A DNA stretch of 64,000 nucleotides, from contig NW_027117345.1 of assembly GCF_038025025.1 (NCBI RefSeq), positions 1,054,001 through 1,118,000 on the forward strand, read 5' to 3'. This document shows positions 24,201 to 35,090 of this stretch, in pieces. The translations under genes and the position numbers were made by a program. The stretch is from Phyllosticta citribraziliensis (lineage: Eukaryota). Position 1 is the stretch's first letter. Each line of letters opens with the position of its first letter. The notes under the pieces are model-generated. The model saw nothing but the letters and a program-made list of their open reading frames with translations. It was not told the origin of the DNA and did no database searches.

Positions 24201-26885
24201 GTCGAAGTAATCCCTCGCGCGGACGCAGCGTGTATGGTCGATGCAAACGCCGGTCAACGGAGCGAGACTGCGCGGATCTCTGGCTCGAGTTGGGTCAATA
24301 TTGGCCGCCGATTCGTCTTCAAGCCTTGCCCGCTCTTCATAGGAGCGTCTGCGGGCATCTTCAACCAAAATCTGGTACTTGGTGGCCATTTCGGATGCCC
24401 TGTCCGAAGGCTTGAGGATGTTGATGCCTTTGAAAGTCTTGGCCAGGTACTTGAGACGAACCAGCGGCCTTTTGAGGAGGAACGCCACGTCAACTCGCTC
24501 GCCATCACCATTGACGACGTAGCCATCCTCGTTTCGAGCCATTTCAGACTCAGCGTCACGTGGAGTCCTAGTATTTTCCTTGTCACTAGCCGGCGCTAGG
24601 TTCACGACGACATCTTGAAATCCCAAACGCCAACTCTTGACATAGTCGCTATAAACTTTGTGAGCACTCTGGGCCCACATGAGCAGAGATTCCGGTCGTT
24701 CTTTCGGGATCCGTTTGTGGAGAGACTTGAGCCGCTCCAAGGCGATTCCCATGTCGACTATGGGCTTCGTGATGTGCGGGTCGTCCTTCTTTCCTTTGCT
24801 GAACAGGCCTGCCGCAACAGCTGCGTCTGATTTAGAAAGGACGCAAGTCAGCAGTACTGGGATAACGCCGTCGACAAGCGTCCGAAGCTCGCGCATGTAT
24901 TTGGATTCGTCCGACCGTAGTTCTCGCATCAAGTCGTCCATGGTCGCAGTGGCAAGTCGGCTTCTGCTCGTTCGAATGCTCCGCGCGGAGACGATGCTCC
25001 TACTTCTGTTCTGCTCTTCTTCAGGCATGGAAAGCACTGAGATGACGTCGGCATGAGAAACTAGTCGCCGTCTGGATCGAGTACTTGGGCGCGTCCTCCC
25101 AGTTACCGTGGAGACGGAGTCGGTGGGCCGTCTGGAAAGAGAGGGGCCTTTGCTAGCTACATCGTCAGGCCCGACTGTGTCATCCGAGTGCTGCGAAACA
25201 GCCCTCTTTGCCCCCTTTGGATCTGGTGTCTCGACCGAAACGATCGTCGACAACTTCCGACCGGTTGTCGGGAATTCGCGTTTTGTAGGAACACGTCCCA
25301 GTGGTTCAGCAAACGCTTGTTGGTGATCAATTGTGTCGACAGACGAATCAATGGACGAAACGACTTCGTTTTCAGGAATGGTGGCCGGTAGCGTTGAAGA
25401 TCGGGATCTGATAGGTGATTCGGAGCCTCGGGTGGCACCTCTTCGCTTGAGAGGAGACGCGGGAGACGATGGCGCCGAAGAATCGTACTCCACCGTGATT
25501 AAGTTTTCTGAGTCAAGAGCCGGAGGACGTCGACGTCGAGGCGCATCGTCTGCGGATAGGTCGTCCTGGCCATCAAGACCCCGTCGAGGTCTCCGTCTCC
25601 TAACAGTTCCATGGCGAGGACTAGATTCGCCGCCAAGTTGGCCGTGATCAATGTCGTCATGGCGATCGTCGGCATGAAGAACAGATTCTTCAGTGCTGGA
25701 CGAGGAATGGCGCCCACTCCTTCTCCTGCGCTTTTGCTCCTTTCCATTCTCTTTGCCTTCTCCAAAAGGATCAGGTGTTCCAGACAGCCAAGCCTCCACA
25801 CGCGTTCCAAATACTCCTGTAGGAGTTTCAGGAGTCGAGCGCGGCGGTGCATCCTTTGTAGAAGTGGGTGTGTCGTCTCCCTGCGGTCCTGGAGAGGAAT
25901 GTCTTGAGCGATGAGATGCCCTTCGGCTTCGACGTCTGTCGGAATCATCTTGCGCGGGTGGACTTGACAGATGCTCGCCAGGCTCGCGCCTTCGCCTTGC
26001 TTTGCGTCTCCGGCGCAATTCGTCCTCAGACCTCGCGCCACGAACGGCCGGACTCTCGGGGCTGTAGTTTGGCCGCGGTGGCTCCTCGTCCTCCAAATCT
26101 CTCCTCGACCTCCGGATGGTCCTCTTTTTCACAACCACCTCGACCGGATCATCAAGACCATTCTTCTCCTCGTGTTGCCTGATGGCTTCCCGGACGCGAT
26201 CGCCGCTTGAAGGTGGCTCATACGGCATTTCGTCTTCGAAAACGTCCTCTTCACTACTCTTGGATGCGCTCGATTTTCGCCGCCGTCTGACAGCCATGAC
26301 TCTGGTTCCATCGGGCCCATAGACTGGCTGCGGCACGAATTTGCGCACAGCGCTCTTCTTGGGCTCCGGCGGCTTCTCCTCCTCTTTAGGACTCGGTTTT
26401 CTTGCCGTCCGGACCCAGGCGTTTGGTTTCGATTGAGGATCCTTAGCTGGAGAGCGGTCCTTGCGCCAGCGTCCGTCACTCACGACTCGCTTCTTTGGAG
26501 TGACGGCTTCTTGAACCTCCTTGTCGAGACCATTGGCCTTGGGCTTGGCAACAGTGATTTGGGCCTTTTTTCGGGGCGACGGAGTTGCGGGGGCTTCGGC
26601 AGCTGCGTCGTTGGCCTTTGGCTTGTCTGCACCCTCGGCGACGTCTGGTGCTTTGGCTGGTGTGTCCTTCTTTTCCTCCTTGGGCTTTGGCGACGCAGCC
26701 TCGTCGGGAGTCGCGGCAACACCATCCTCGACGACGACGGCGCCGCCGCCAGCAGCCTGCCACTTTTGGATTTTGGCCTTTATGCTCGCATTATTTATGG
26801 GCTCCGGGCCCTTGCCCAAGACGAAGGGAGATTTTGTCGGCTTGGCGTCGGGTGTGACTTTCTTGGGGGTCGTGGGCGCAGTCAT
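21267..26885 (-). CDS. Very large (~1854 aa) conserved fungal protein: low-complexity Arg/Ser/Pro N-terminus, DH (Dbl-homology)-like helical domain, PH-like domains
   Basis: 1952-codon ORF; first ATG at 26885 (MTAPTTPKK). 54-nt in-frame intron 21380-21327 (GTGAGT..GCTAAT..GCAG). DH-like ELRSDESKYMRELRTLVDGVIP...FLLKRPLVRLKYL, followed by beta-rich segments ending in helix-like motifs (VGFEWVQML; ECELLYGYIN). Confidence 0.8.
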   Translation of the reverse strand: MTAPTTPKKVTPDAKPTKSPFVLGKGPEPINNASIKAKIQKWQAAGGGAVVVEDGVAATPDEAASPKPKEEKKDTPAKAPDVAEGADKPKANDAAAEAPATPSPRKKAQITVAKPKANGLDKEVQEAVTPKKRVVSDGRWRKDRSPAKDPQSKPNAWVRTARKPSPKEEEKPPEPKKSAVRKFVPQPVYGPDGTRVMAVRRRRKSSASKSSEEDVFEDEMPYEPPSSGDRVREAIRQHEEKNGLDDPVEVVVKKRTIRRSRRDLEDEEPPRPNYSPESPAVRGARSEDELRRRRKARRRREPGEHLSSPPAQDDSDRRRSRRASHRSRHSSPGPQGDDTPTSTKDAPPRSTPETPTGVFGTRVEAWLSGTPDPFGEGKENGKEQKRRRRSGRHSSSSTEESVLHADDRHDDIDHGQLGGESSPRHGTVRRRRPRRGLDGQDDLSADDAPRRRRPPALDSENLITVEYDSSAPSSPASPLKRRGATRGSESPIRSRSSTLPATIPENEVVSSIDSSVDTIDHQQAFAEPLGRVPTKREFPTTGRKLSTIVSVETPDPKGAKRAVSQHSDDTVGPDDVASKGPSLSRRPTDSVSTVTGRTRPSTRSRRRLVSHADVISVLSMPEEEQNRSRSIVSARSIRTSRSRLATATMDDLMRELRSDESKYMRELRTLVDGVIPVLLTCVLSKSDAAVAAGLFSKGKKDDPHITKPIVDMGIALERLKSLHKRIPKERPESLLMWAQSAHKVYSDYVKSWRLGFQDVVVNLAPASDKENTRTPRDAESEMARNEDGYVVNGDGERVDVAFLLKRPLVRLKYLAKTFKGINILKPSDRASEMATKYQILVEDARRRSYEERARLEDESAANIDPTRARDPRSLAPLTGVCIDHTRCVRARDYFDMTLLHSSGQEVDCKVELLLRDDAPGRGISGDLLICEVDSTGRWLFFPPILKSRLSARNGDYQGEIVVMVRGSKSGGDEWQELLTLRTDVEEVGFEWVQMLGLTPIPPKVTRAKSFKQEKARPPSSLGSSRLTVETGSTLPLSSRTPSPREIQIPIGEQASEIASRWTIETPERQRTHSSETTPSTPPSSGSNKLKGMPKADELSSNSTAGEDLTPRQTRSQPPPGRSAATAFTDAMVRAESPTAPALKRSKAQRHSRDDPRTRRGSRDSSVQESLPATSSQTSQTQPDYDFSVVDTSSYLTQSTQSTRSTTSVETKKGGYSVWYPPSGTDEDSYSDRSEEEEHIPLAAKILKPFSRNRRTSSVPTTDMPTVNRLRKPSPAQAPTRNDPPPEPAPAEKESTSPNKLQKKRFTLPFTKDSAEKEPDDVPPPPPPHRVVSPAPLRTGGTPNLSPTAATYKGHRRTSSPLKHEYHPSTCSDSSGDSDLSYSDEDSIFSESSEDELEAADVLGSLPATPMETFKRQSPPESLYTSPNDTLTPSQSASQAPYRTVPSTSTRPLKSVATLMAWSDKGMWTALHPEECSIVVTPGLIEAYEMSAAHSKDTPDKEAVQAAAGTQPLVALELTPLVPLSRGTALDISIRSPPTANSKLKVGANIMFRSRSQDECELLYGYINSARINNPTYIALQNARGPSARPDTWGALMDRRNDERSDPSIMGGSSWWGSLARRGTYRAKSTRAISTSAGTTSSVNTIGSAFSALKRFSTSKGLFNIAKSSIHSSGDGSRSRSTDSLTMECESSTGASPSKPVSPTDPFGNGLPVGITNPKIRLYSRESSSRWRDMGKARLSIMRPSRPSTPSQNVRIGQGGPGQRDPENEMRIVVLGKTKGETLLDVTLGESCFERVGRLGIAVSVWEDTVGTDGDLGGVPAVGGVAGTRARVFMIQVSAFLLFYFAKSVANGMQMKTERDCAYCFSLLGKLRY

Positions 26886-27934
26886 GGGGCCTATAATCAG
26901 CAAGTGAGTGAGCGGTCGCGATGCACAGGTCTTGGGTTGGGTGTTGGACACGGATGACGTGGGCGCCCAGAGGGGGTGAAGCGGAAAGAGGCCGCGTGGA
27001 ATGTTTGGGCTCTGCTCTTGGGGTTGTTCAAGAGCAGTCGGGCTTGTTATCACGGACCTTGCAGCAGGCTTGACAGGCCTGGACTTCACGACGGCGGGGG
27101 CGGAAAGCAGAGGATCGGAGAGCAACGAGAGGCGGACATCCAGAGGGCCGTTGGAGGAGGGGCGCGGTCAAGTGCGAGGAGAGGTGTCTTGTGGGTGACG
27201 GTGACGGTAACAGACTGGACTGGTTGCTTGGGTACCGCAGCGCAGCGTCGCAGGGCGATTAGATTAGTGGGACGAGCAGCTTCGTGGCGTCGACGGCAGG
27301 CTGTGGGCGCATGCTCGAGGTGCGCAGTGCAGTGCAGTGCAGTCGGGTGCAGAGCAGGCAAACTCCAACGAGGCTGGCAGGCCGCAGGAGGTCCAGGGGG
27401 GAGAGAGCCGTGAGTGACTTTTGTTGGTTTGTTGTTGCGGCGGCGTCGAGTGTTTACGTTTGGTCGCTGCCGGGATCATCCCATGCGCCGCCAGCAGCTC
27501 CAGCTCTACTTGGTTCTCTGGCTCTCGCTCCTCACCAAACGCCCGCGTGGCCATGCGCCTGCAGTAGCAGTGCAGTTGTTCTCTCTATCTTGTCGCTCCG
27601 ACATGTCATCTCATCTCACCTCCTCCAGCACCCTCGTCAGCGCAGCCACCCGGGCGTGCCGCCGCTGTCTTTCCCTGCGATCAGCGGGCGGGATCTACGA
27701 GACGCGGCGCAGCCTGTGAACACACCGCTTCGCTCAACTCCAGCCTCCTCACTTCTCGCCAACTCTAAGACAACCCCTCCTCCTCCATCTCTAGTTGCAG
27801 ATGATAGCCTCCTGTTTTTAAAAAGCAACAACCTCCCTCCGACCGGGTCTCCCCATCCTCCCCCTCGACCTGAAGAAACTGCCGTGCATCGTCGAAAAGC
27901 ATAACTCGTCGGGTATCTATGTCATTGCAGCCAA

Positions 27935-28982
27935 TCAAAGCTCCTTCGCCTTCGTCACCTCGCTCACTGCCCTCAGACTTCGCTCCATCTTCGCTAGCGC
28001 CCTGAATGCTCTTGCGCATGCCTTGACGCTATTGTAAATCAATACTGCGTCGTGTTAGCTCCACACTTTGCTTATAGTTCTGCATTGGCAGCACAGTCAG
28101 ACGGTCCGTACCTCCCGGTATGACAATCCAAAAAGCATTCATGAAAACAAAGTAGAGCCAAAAGTAGTATGGCTCTGGTCGCGAGTAGCTCACGCCGAGC
28201 AACGCGTGGTCGACCACGGTCGTTCCGTAGTAGAGCACGTCACCGTACAGGTGGCCAAGAGAGACGATGACTTGGAATGGATGGCGGAGAGGGTGCTCTG
28301 TCGCAACAAAGTAGGCCGTCGCAATTGACAGAGGGCCCCAGATGACCTGTTGAAGCCGGGGTCAGTCTCGCTCCAGCCACTGCGTTATGCACGTCAACCC
28401 TACCACCGTGATGCTTTCAATGCACAAGACAAACGTGTTCTGAGTCAAGTAGCGCGAATCTGAAAGCGAATACTCTTTCCAGAGCTGTCCAAATACATGC
28501 TTTGATCCTCCAATAGTTTCAAAGTTGGTGACGAAGAACCCTTGTTGTCGACGTCAACCTTGGCCCAAAACGTTGGAGCAGTGGAGACGAAATACCTTCG
28601 AAAAATATGTGGAGACATCCACCTGTACATGACGGTAAGCTCCCGTCGTAGCGTGGTCGCTCGGTTACTTACAGAGCACAAACCAAAGGACCGTGACCAG
28701 ATCTGTCTTGGATATCTCTGGCCGCCTTTTCATCGCAGCAGCTGCCGCAACCCCGAAAATGAAGACGCACCCGATTGTAAAAGCCGCCAAAAGTTGTGGT
28801 AACGTCCAGTCATTGCCCTCGTACCCCGATATTTCGACGCCTGGCGGATAATATGGATGGGGCGTGAATGTCGCATTGGATCGCACCGGCACTTCGAGAA
28901 CCGTCTCGGATACGCTGGCGGCGGCTGCAGCTGCGGCAGTTGTCGCAGATGCGACGTGTTTCGCGATGCCGTCGTCGGCCAT
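27935..28982 (-). CDS. EBP: Emopamil-binding protein family sterol delta8-delta7 isomerase (EXPERA domain)
   Basis: Introns 28672-28623, 28595-28541, 28403-28347, 28111-28045 (27-nt micro-exon 28596-28622). Motifs HPYYP, LWFVLCGCLHIFFEG, QLWKEYSLSDSRY, IESITVVIWGPL, GHLYGDVLYY, YFWLYFVFMNAFWIVIP; C-terminal KAKEL (KxKxx). An in-frame upstream ATG exists at 29147. Confidence 0.92.
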
Positions 28983-29882
28983 CGAGGACTGCAGTTGACT
29001 CGGAGCTGGGCTGGATTGTGGACAGTCTCCCTGAAGCAGTGGAAGGAAGCCGTTGCAGCCAAACAGGACGGGGAGAAGACGGGCGGAGAGGCGATTCGTG
29101 ATGTCGCGAGTGCGCTCCATTGGAGCCAATTTATTGAAATTGTCCATTGCTCGTTTCGTCGATTGAGACCGGACGGCGGCGGCGGCTGTTCGGTTGACCG
29201 TCCGGGTGTTGGAGGCGTGCCGGCGGAGGGCGTGGGGTCATGGCTGTCGGGTTGCAGGTGCAGTTGCAGTTGCAGCCCGGCCAACAACGCGACTGCCCAA
29301 GCCGTCGGCGGCAGGCTGTGTGTCTTTGTTGGTCTCGGTCACCAACCCACCAACTTCGCTTCACGACAGCAATGCCATGAGAGCCGAGCATCGAGTGGCT
29401 TGCCAGAACATCCTCGTCATCGCGCCTCGTTTTGGGCCAATTACGTTCGGTATCGCGGCCCGACCCTTTGCCGCAATTCCGCATCGCCTACGCAAACGCG
29501 TCAACAATCGAAGCCCCGCGGAAAGCTTGTCGACGAGTGAAATTGGACTCGATCCCAGGATCCCAAACAAGCTTACCGGGACCTGTCACTGTCCTCGTCT
29601 GTTCCTGCTTATTGTCGCGCCGTGTCAAGGGCAGAATGTCCAGGAACTCGTACCGAATGGCCAATCTTCGCTCAGCCTACAGTCCAATCGTCAACCCTGC
29701 ATCATACGCCATGGCTTGAAATCCGACGAAGATCATCGTGTCAATTCATTGTCGCCCGATGCATGCGGATACGCGCTGGATCGCTCCAAACTAGTAAAAG
29801 AGAAGAACAACATTTCATGATACATGAGTTCCATCTATTTGCCATCAGGTCATTAGGTGCACAAAACGCCACTGGCCCAGGA

Positions 29883-31641
29883 TCAAGATCGTCCCGCAAT
29901 CGTATCCCAGGAAACTTCGAACGATGAGAATGGCGTGAACGGCCTCAGAAATCGCCTGGAAGAACCAGGCCTACCAAATCTCGGCCTCGATGACCCGCCT
30001 CCCTCTGCATTTGCTCTCATCACTAGTACGTCCAAAGGCTCGATGCAGTCTGTCTCGGGCATGGGCGGCCTTTTGCTGCCATGTGAGCTCACGGGATGCG
30101 ATCTCAGAGCTGTGGATCTTGTCGGAGGACGCTCCGCCGTTGTTCGCTCTTTATTCCAGATAAAGGACCGCCTTTTGTTGGAACGTGCCGTCGAAGGCCG
30201 TGTCTTGTCGCTTTGCCATATTGGTTGCATGAAACCATGGCTCTGCTGGACCGTAAACGTCCCCATGACAGGGCCCGATATGACCGTGCGCCTCTTGCGC
30301 GACTTCTTGAGGGACGGCTTTAGCACCCTATGCTCTCGATGCGATGGCTTCTTCGCTTTCGGTGGAGCAGGAAGAGCCGAGAGAGACTGAGTGTCAGCTC
30401 CAACCTGACTGAAGGCGGCTTCCTTTTCCAATCTGGGATCGAGAGATTTCCGCCCCTTCTCGACGTCCGAGTCGACTGAGCTACAGGTGAAAATCCGGGA
30501 GCAATGAAGATCGTCAAAGATCGTATGCTTTTCATTCCTCCTGCCGGTGAGCGATTCCGATCTGGACCATCCAAAGATGCGGGGTTCTCTCCCTTCGTTG
30601 GACCCTAACCTAACGGGAAGAATCGACGCTTTCAGAGCTATGACACCTACGTCAGCAAGGGCCAGCTGGAATGGGGAATGCTGCCTACCTGGACAAGAAG
30701 CACACAGGATACCTAGATTGATTTCGACAAAGGTCCACAAGTTGAGCAAGTCGGCATCTCTTAGTGTTCTGACAGAACCGTCGTCTTTGTGGATGTAATT
30801 TGCGCGAACGCAACTGGCAATAGTCGCCAACGCTCCAATAATGAGTGTCGCCGTCGCTCCCAGTCTTTGCTTCCGGGGAAGCTGAGCTTTTCGAATGGCA
30901 GCTATGGGAAGAGCAAGGATGATGCAGTTGGAAGCAATGTCAAAAATGCTGGCATCTGAGACTGTCAATGGGATGTCCACAGCCGGCAACTGGAATCACT
31001 TACAAAGAGAAAACGCTTGAATATCCACGCAGTGGCCACGAGAGGTTGGAATGTGGTCTCCTATGGCCTGTTTGCACTGAAGTCCGACAACAACCACAGT
31101 GGAAACGAATTGAAGAATCAAAAGAACCCCGGTGGCAGTCGTCGCTTGACCAAACTTTGTCCTGATCCCGCAGGCTACAAGAGTCAGTACTTGGTTCTCG
31201 AAGATGAGGGCTGACTTACCCAATCGAAGGTAAAGGAATAGTAAAGACATCTTGATGAAAAAGACGCTGAAATAATAGAGAATCTTGGCAGCATAGAGTG
31301 CGCGAGACAGTACCGCGCCGGAGTTCGTCGAGTCTTCAAGTCGCGATTCCCACTGAAGGGCGACGAATGAAGAGGCCGCGAATCCTACCGAGCACAGCCA
31401 TCCCAAGACCAGTGCCCAGTCATCTTTCCGTAAGGCCTTTCTCTGTCGAAAGGAAAAGAATGCTCGCAAGACAATCGCGCCGGCTGGTTAATCATGTTAG
31501 CCGCGACTTTTGAGAAAAGAGCAGGACAGACTCACCTCCAATGAATATACACACTGCTCCGACAACGATTTCAGCAGTACCACTTTGAGAAAGCGAGCTA
31601 TGGTGCCCCTTAGTTGGTTCCGGGGTCGCGCTGTCCGCCAT
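29883..31641 (-). CDS. PTH11-like (fungal rhodopsin-domain) 7TM integral membrane protein without CFEM, long basic C-tail
   Basis: Introns 31535-31484, 31219-31175, 31003-30956, 30688-30638 keep frame. Motifs KDDWALVLGW, FIKMSLLFLYLRL, IILALPI, IASCVR, LWTFVEINLGILCASCPALK. Confidence 0.85.
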
Positions 31642-34600
31642 CGTCGTTCACGATGCAACGGTGGGAGCGTTGACAACGGTCATAAACGATAAACGACTCG
31701 AGGACGACACGACGCGACTCGGTTTAACTGGAAGCAAGGGATTTACACCTAAAGACATCACTCATGGCTTGACATGGCGCTGTCCTAGTACTTGCAGAGC
31801 TAAGAGCCATGTCAGATCCTCGGGCAGTCGAGACTATCGAAGGGCTGACGTCTACCAGTGGTTGACGGAATCCGGACTTGGCAAGTGACGCCTTCGTGAG
31901 CCACGATACAGCCGCACAGCCAATCATGGTGCCGTAGAGTTTGGGAGGCTTCTTGGACGTCCGATGTCTCGCTGTTGTCAGGTGTGTCGTCGATTGGTGA
32001 GGGTGTAAGCGAGGAGGGAAAAGATCGCGTCACACACTCACCCCAGTTTCTTCTGAAGGAGGTTTGGATTCCATTCTTCATACTCGAGGTTATTATTTCT
32101 CCCTTCCTCACTCCTTTCTTGTGTGCTCTCGCGACGATGGAAAACGGCTTTTGACAAACTCAAAATCGAGGTGGTTGACGAAATGGTACCAAGACCCTGC
32201 AGGAACACACTACTCAAGATTCCCGATCCCCTAGAACGTCGCGTCCCACGAGTTGCTCTGGAGAGGCCCTGAAACCCCTGCTTTTCCTCGTCAGACGCCT
32301 GTCATCACCTACACATCCCTATCGTCGTCGCCCGTCGTTCCAAATACTTGACAGGGACGCGCCTCACAGCGTTGGCGCGCAGAGATCTCCTTTCCCCACG
32401 CTCTGGTCTCCTCTACATTTTCAAGCCACCTCCCAAGGAGTCCATGGCGCTCATACGCACTCGGACAATATTTCGTTTACTGACCCTAGCTCAATCGGTA
32501 GCAGGCTCAATATTAGCGGGAAATGCCAATCTTGCAGAAACCTCAGCAACGACAAAAAGCAAATGCAAACAAACTTTGCACTCTTGTTTTCAGTCTTTCC
32601 CAAATCGACAACGACCCATCTCCAGGACATCATCACCACACGCATGCGCCGTCAGATTACGCAACAGGGGTGCCGTAAGCCAAACGCCACGCCCAGCTGT
32701 CCGTTGGTCCTCCAACTGTAGCTCGCCCACCACCTCATCACTCCTGTCCCACGCGCTCCCCGCCACGATTCAGCCCCGATTCGCGCAAGCCACGCGTCCA
32801 CCCATTTTTCCTGGTCTTGTCTGCTGCTTCTCCTATCCATCACCACCACCACCACCACCACCACCAGCGGTCCAACCACTTTGTACCTGAATCAACCCAA
32901 AGCGGACTCGGCGCACCGTGGTGTTGCGCTGCTCCTTCTACTTGAGAGTAGGAGTAGGAGTACTTGGAGCTAATATCACGAGCAAGCCGAGCTGAATTGA
33001 GGTCGTTTTCGACGTTGTCAGCCTGATGATATCGCGACGCCTGCCGATGCTTTGGCACTTGCTTTGCTGCCACTGCTATGGCAGGTGGTTACGATTGCAG
33101 TGTCAAGTACTGACTGCAACTGGCATTCACTGTGCAGGCCATTCATTCATGATTGAATCTGCATCTGCGGCGACTGATGGACTAGGGGGAGAACTGCACC
33201 GTGAACGTTGCGTTCTGTGCTATCCGTCGCTACATCTTCAAGGTGCCCGATCGACTTGACGGGCGCCTGCTGCCATCGTGTAGACTTGATAGCTTCCGCT
33301 GCCACTCCCTGTCCCGCGCGTGAATCTAGACAAAGGTCCGCCGCCATCGCGCATCAGTGGACGGACGGGATCACCCGTCTGCTGTGACGGCGTAGCATCG
33401 GGCACGGGGCAGAAGCAGCTCGGGTATTCCAGCTTTCTGGAGTCGACAGTGGAGTGGCGCTTAGGCAGCACCGGGGGCGAGTGAAAGGAGAAGAGGAGTT
33501 TCTGGGTCAGGAGTCGGGCGGGGTGGGTCGGGAACATGATAGGCGGGCTGTTGGGCGTAGATACGGGGCATCTCTGCCGGTTGGGGCGGGAATAAGGGGT
33601 GGAGTGGAGTGGAGTGGGACGGAGCGGGAGGGCGAAGAGTCTAGAACGAGGGGACAGGGGGAGACAGAGACGGGTCAGGGGTTGGATGGTTGAGGTGCTG
33701 CTATAGATGAGGCGGGTGAGATTGGTATTTGACGGAATTTTTCAGATCTCTAGAGGTACGTGGGCTCAACATTGACATGAGGTAGACATTTGTGTTTAGA
33801 AGGCGTGGCGGAAGAGTCGATGCTGAGGCAGATGCAGGAAGTGAGTGTGCTTGAAAGACCCTCGTCATCAATACTGTCCAAACTATAGTCTCCTATTCGC
33901 TCCTCTGGACAGATGATCTAGGCCACCGCTCGCTCTCATCGTGCGCGCAGCGTGCATTCCGTTGCCTCACGTACTACTGAACGCGCACACGTCGCGTGAA
34001 GGCATCCAGTCCCCTTTGCAGTACAGATACGATGATACCTTGAGCACCCCAAGGAGGGAAGAACACGGAGAACCAGGGGAGCAGGGAACGACAATCAAGT
34101 GTGCGCCCTTGCATCGCCCTCAATTCGTGCACGCGCTCTTGCTCGAGGTGATTTCAAGCTTCATGTCGTGTGACCACTGCCTCCCGGTGGAGAGAGGAAA
34201 TCACTTTGTACGTACCAGGAGCAAGGAGCATGGGGATGGGTGAGGGTACGGAGGACCGCATTCCTCCTCTTAGACTTGAACAAATGGGGCTGATCAACGT
34301 ATCAACGTATCCATGTCTTCCTCTTCTCCTTTGGCCGTCCTTCCTCCTGTTCCTACTACCCCCACCTCACGCCAGATACCGCAGTATGTAGTTCGCAGAC
34401 AGCCCGCAAACAGTCCGCTCGCCGGTGACTCTGCCTGTGTCGTCTGCATAGGTAGCTCACACGCGCAACTCTTCCGACAGCAGCATTAGCAAGAAAGCGG
34501 AAGCGCTACTCCTCCCGGCGACAGTCTTTCCGACGACGGACGACAACTGGCGCACGACGCAGTGCCCAACCATCACCAGATTAATAATCGTCACATCTAC

Positions 34601-34992
34601 TTGGGCAGTTATCGACAGCCGCGGCCGCCACTGCAGTGCAAGTAGCGGTTTGTGCGCTCATCGACGGCATTAAGGAGGAGGCCGCTCCTTTTTGTCCGCA
34701 AACTCCGCCTGCGTCCGTGGCTTACCATCGTCGTCGTTGCCTCGAGGCTGCCAAGCTGCGTAAGCGGCAGCGGTGAATCTGGGACGAGAGGGACGAGGCT
34801 GAGGCTCAAGCTGTAGGTGGCAACCGGGGGACCAACGGCATTTGGCTGCTAGTGAAGCAACCCCACAGAGTGGACATGTGGCTGCGTAAGGCTGACGGGA
34901 TAAGAGCGGCAGGGCACACGGCAGGCACAAAGTCTGATTCTCGTATGTCGCGGCTGTCTGTGATGTGGGTTGCAAATTTGAATTTTGAGGGA

Positions 34993-35017
34993 GGGGGGGG
35001 GGGGGGGGGGGGGGGGG
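34993..35017. repeat. G25 homopolymer
   Basis: 25 consecutive G, about 75 nt past the stop codon of the OSGIN-like gene (poly-C on its sense strand). Confidence 0.95.
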
Positions 35018-35090
35018 AAAGCCCCTGCACTACGTGTAGGTGAAGATGCTCTAAAACGGGATATCTTTGCGATCTCGACAATGGCCCTTC

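Noticed and set aside
26886..27125. 80-codon in-frame upstream extension of the giant ORF
   Set aside because: Begins at a non-ATG codon in pyrimidine-rich leader-like sequence.
31700..34980. Short ORFs (32348-32890, 33238-33537) and possible spliced ORF from ~34313
   Set aside because: No homology-like motifs; ORFs run through microsatellites; splice signals are weak.
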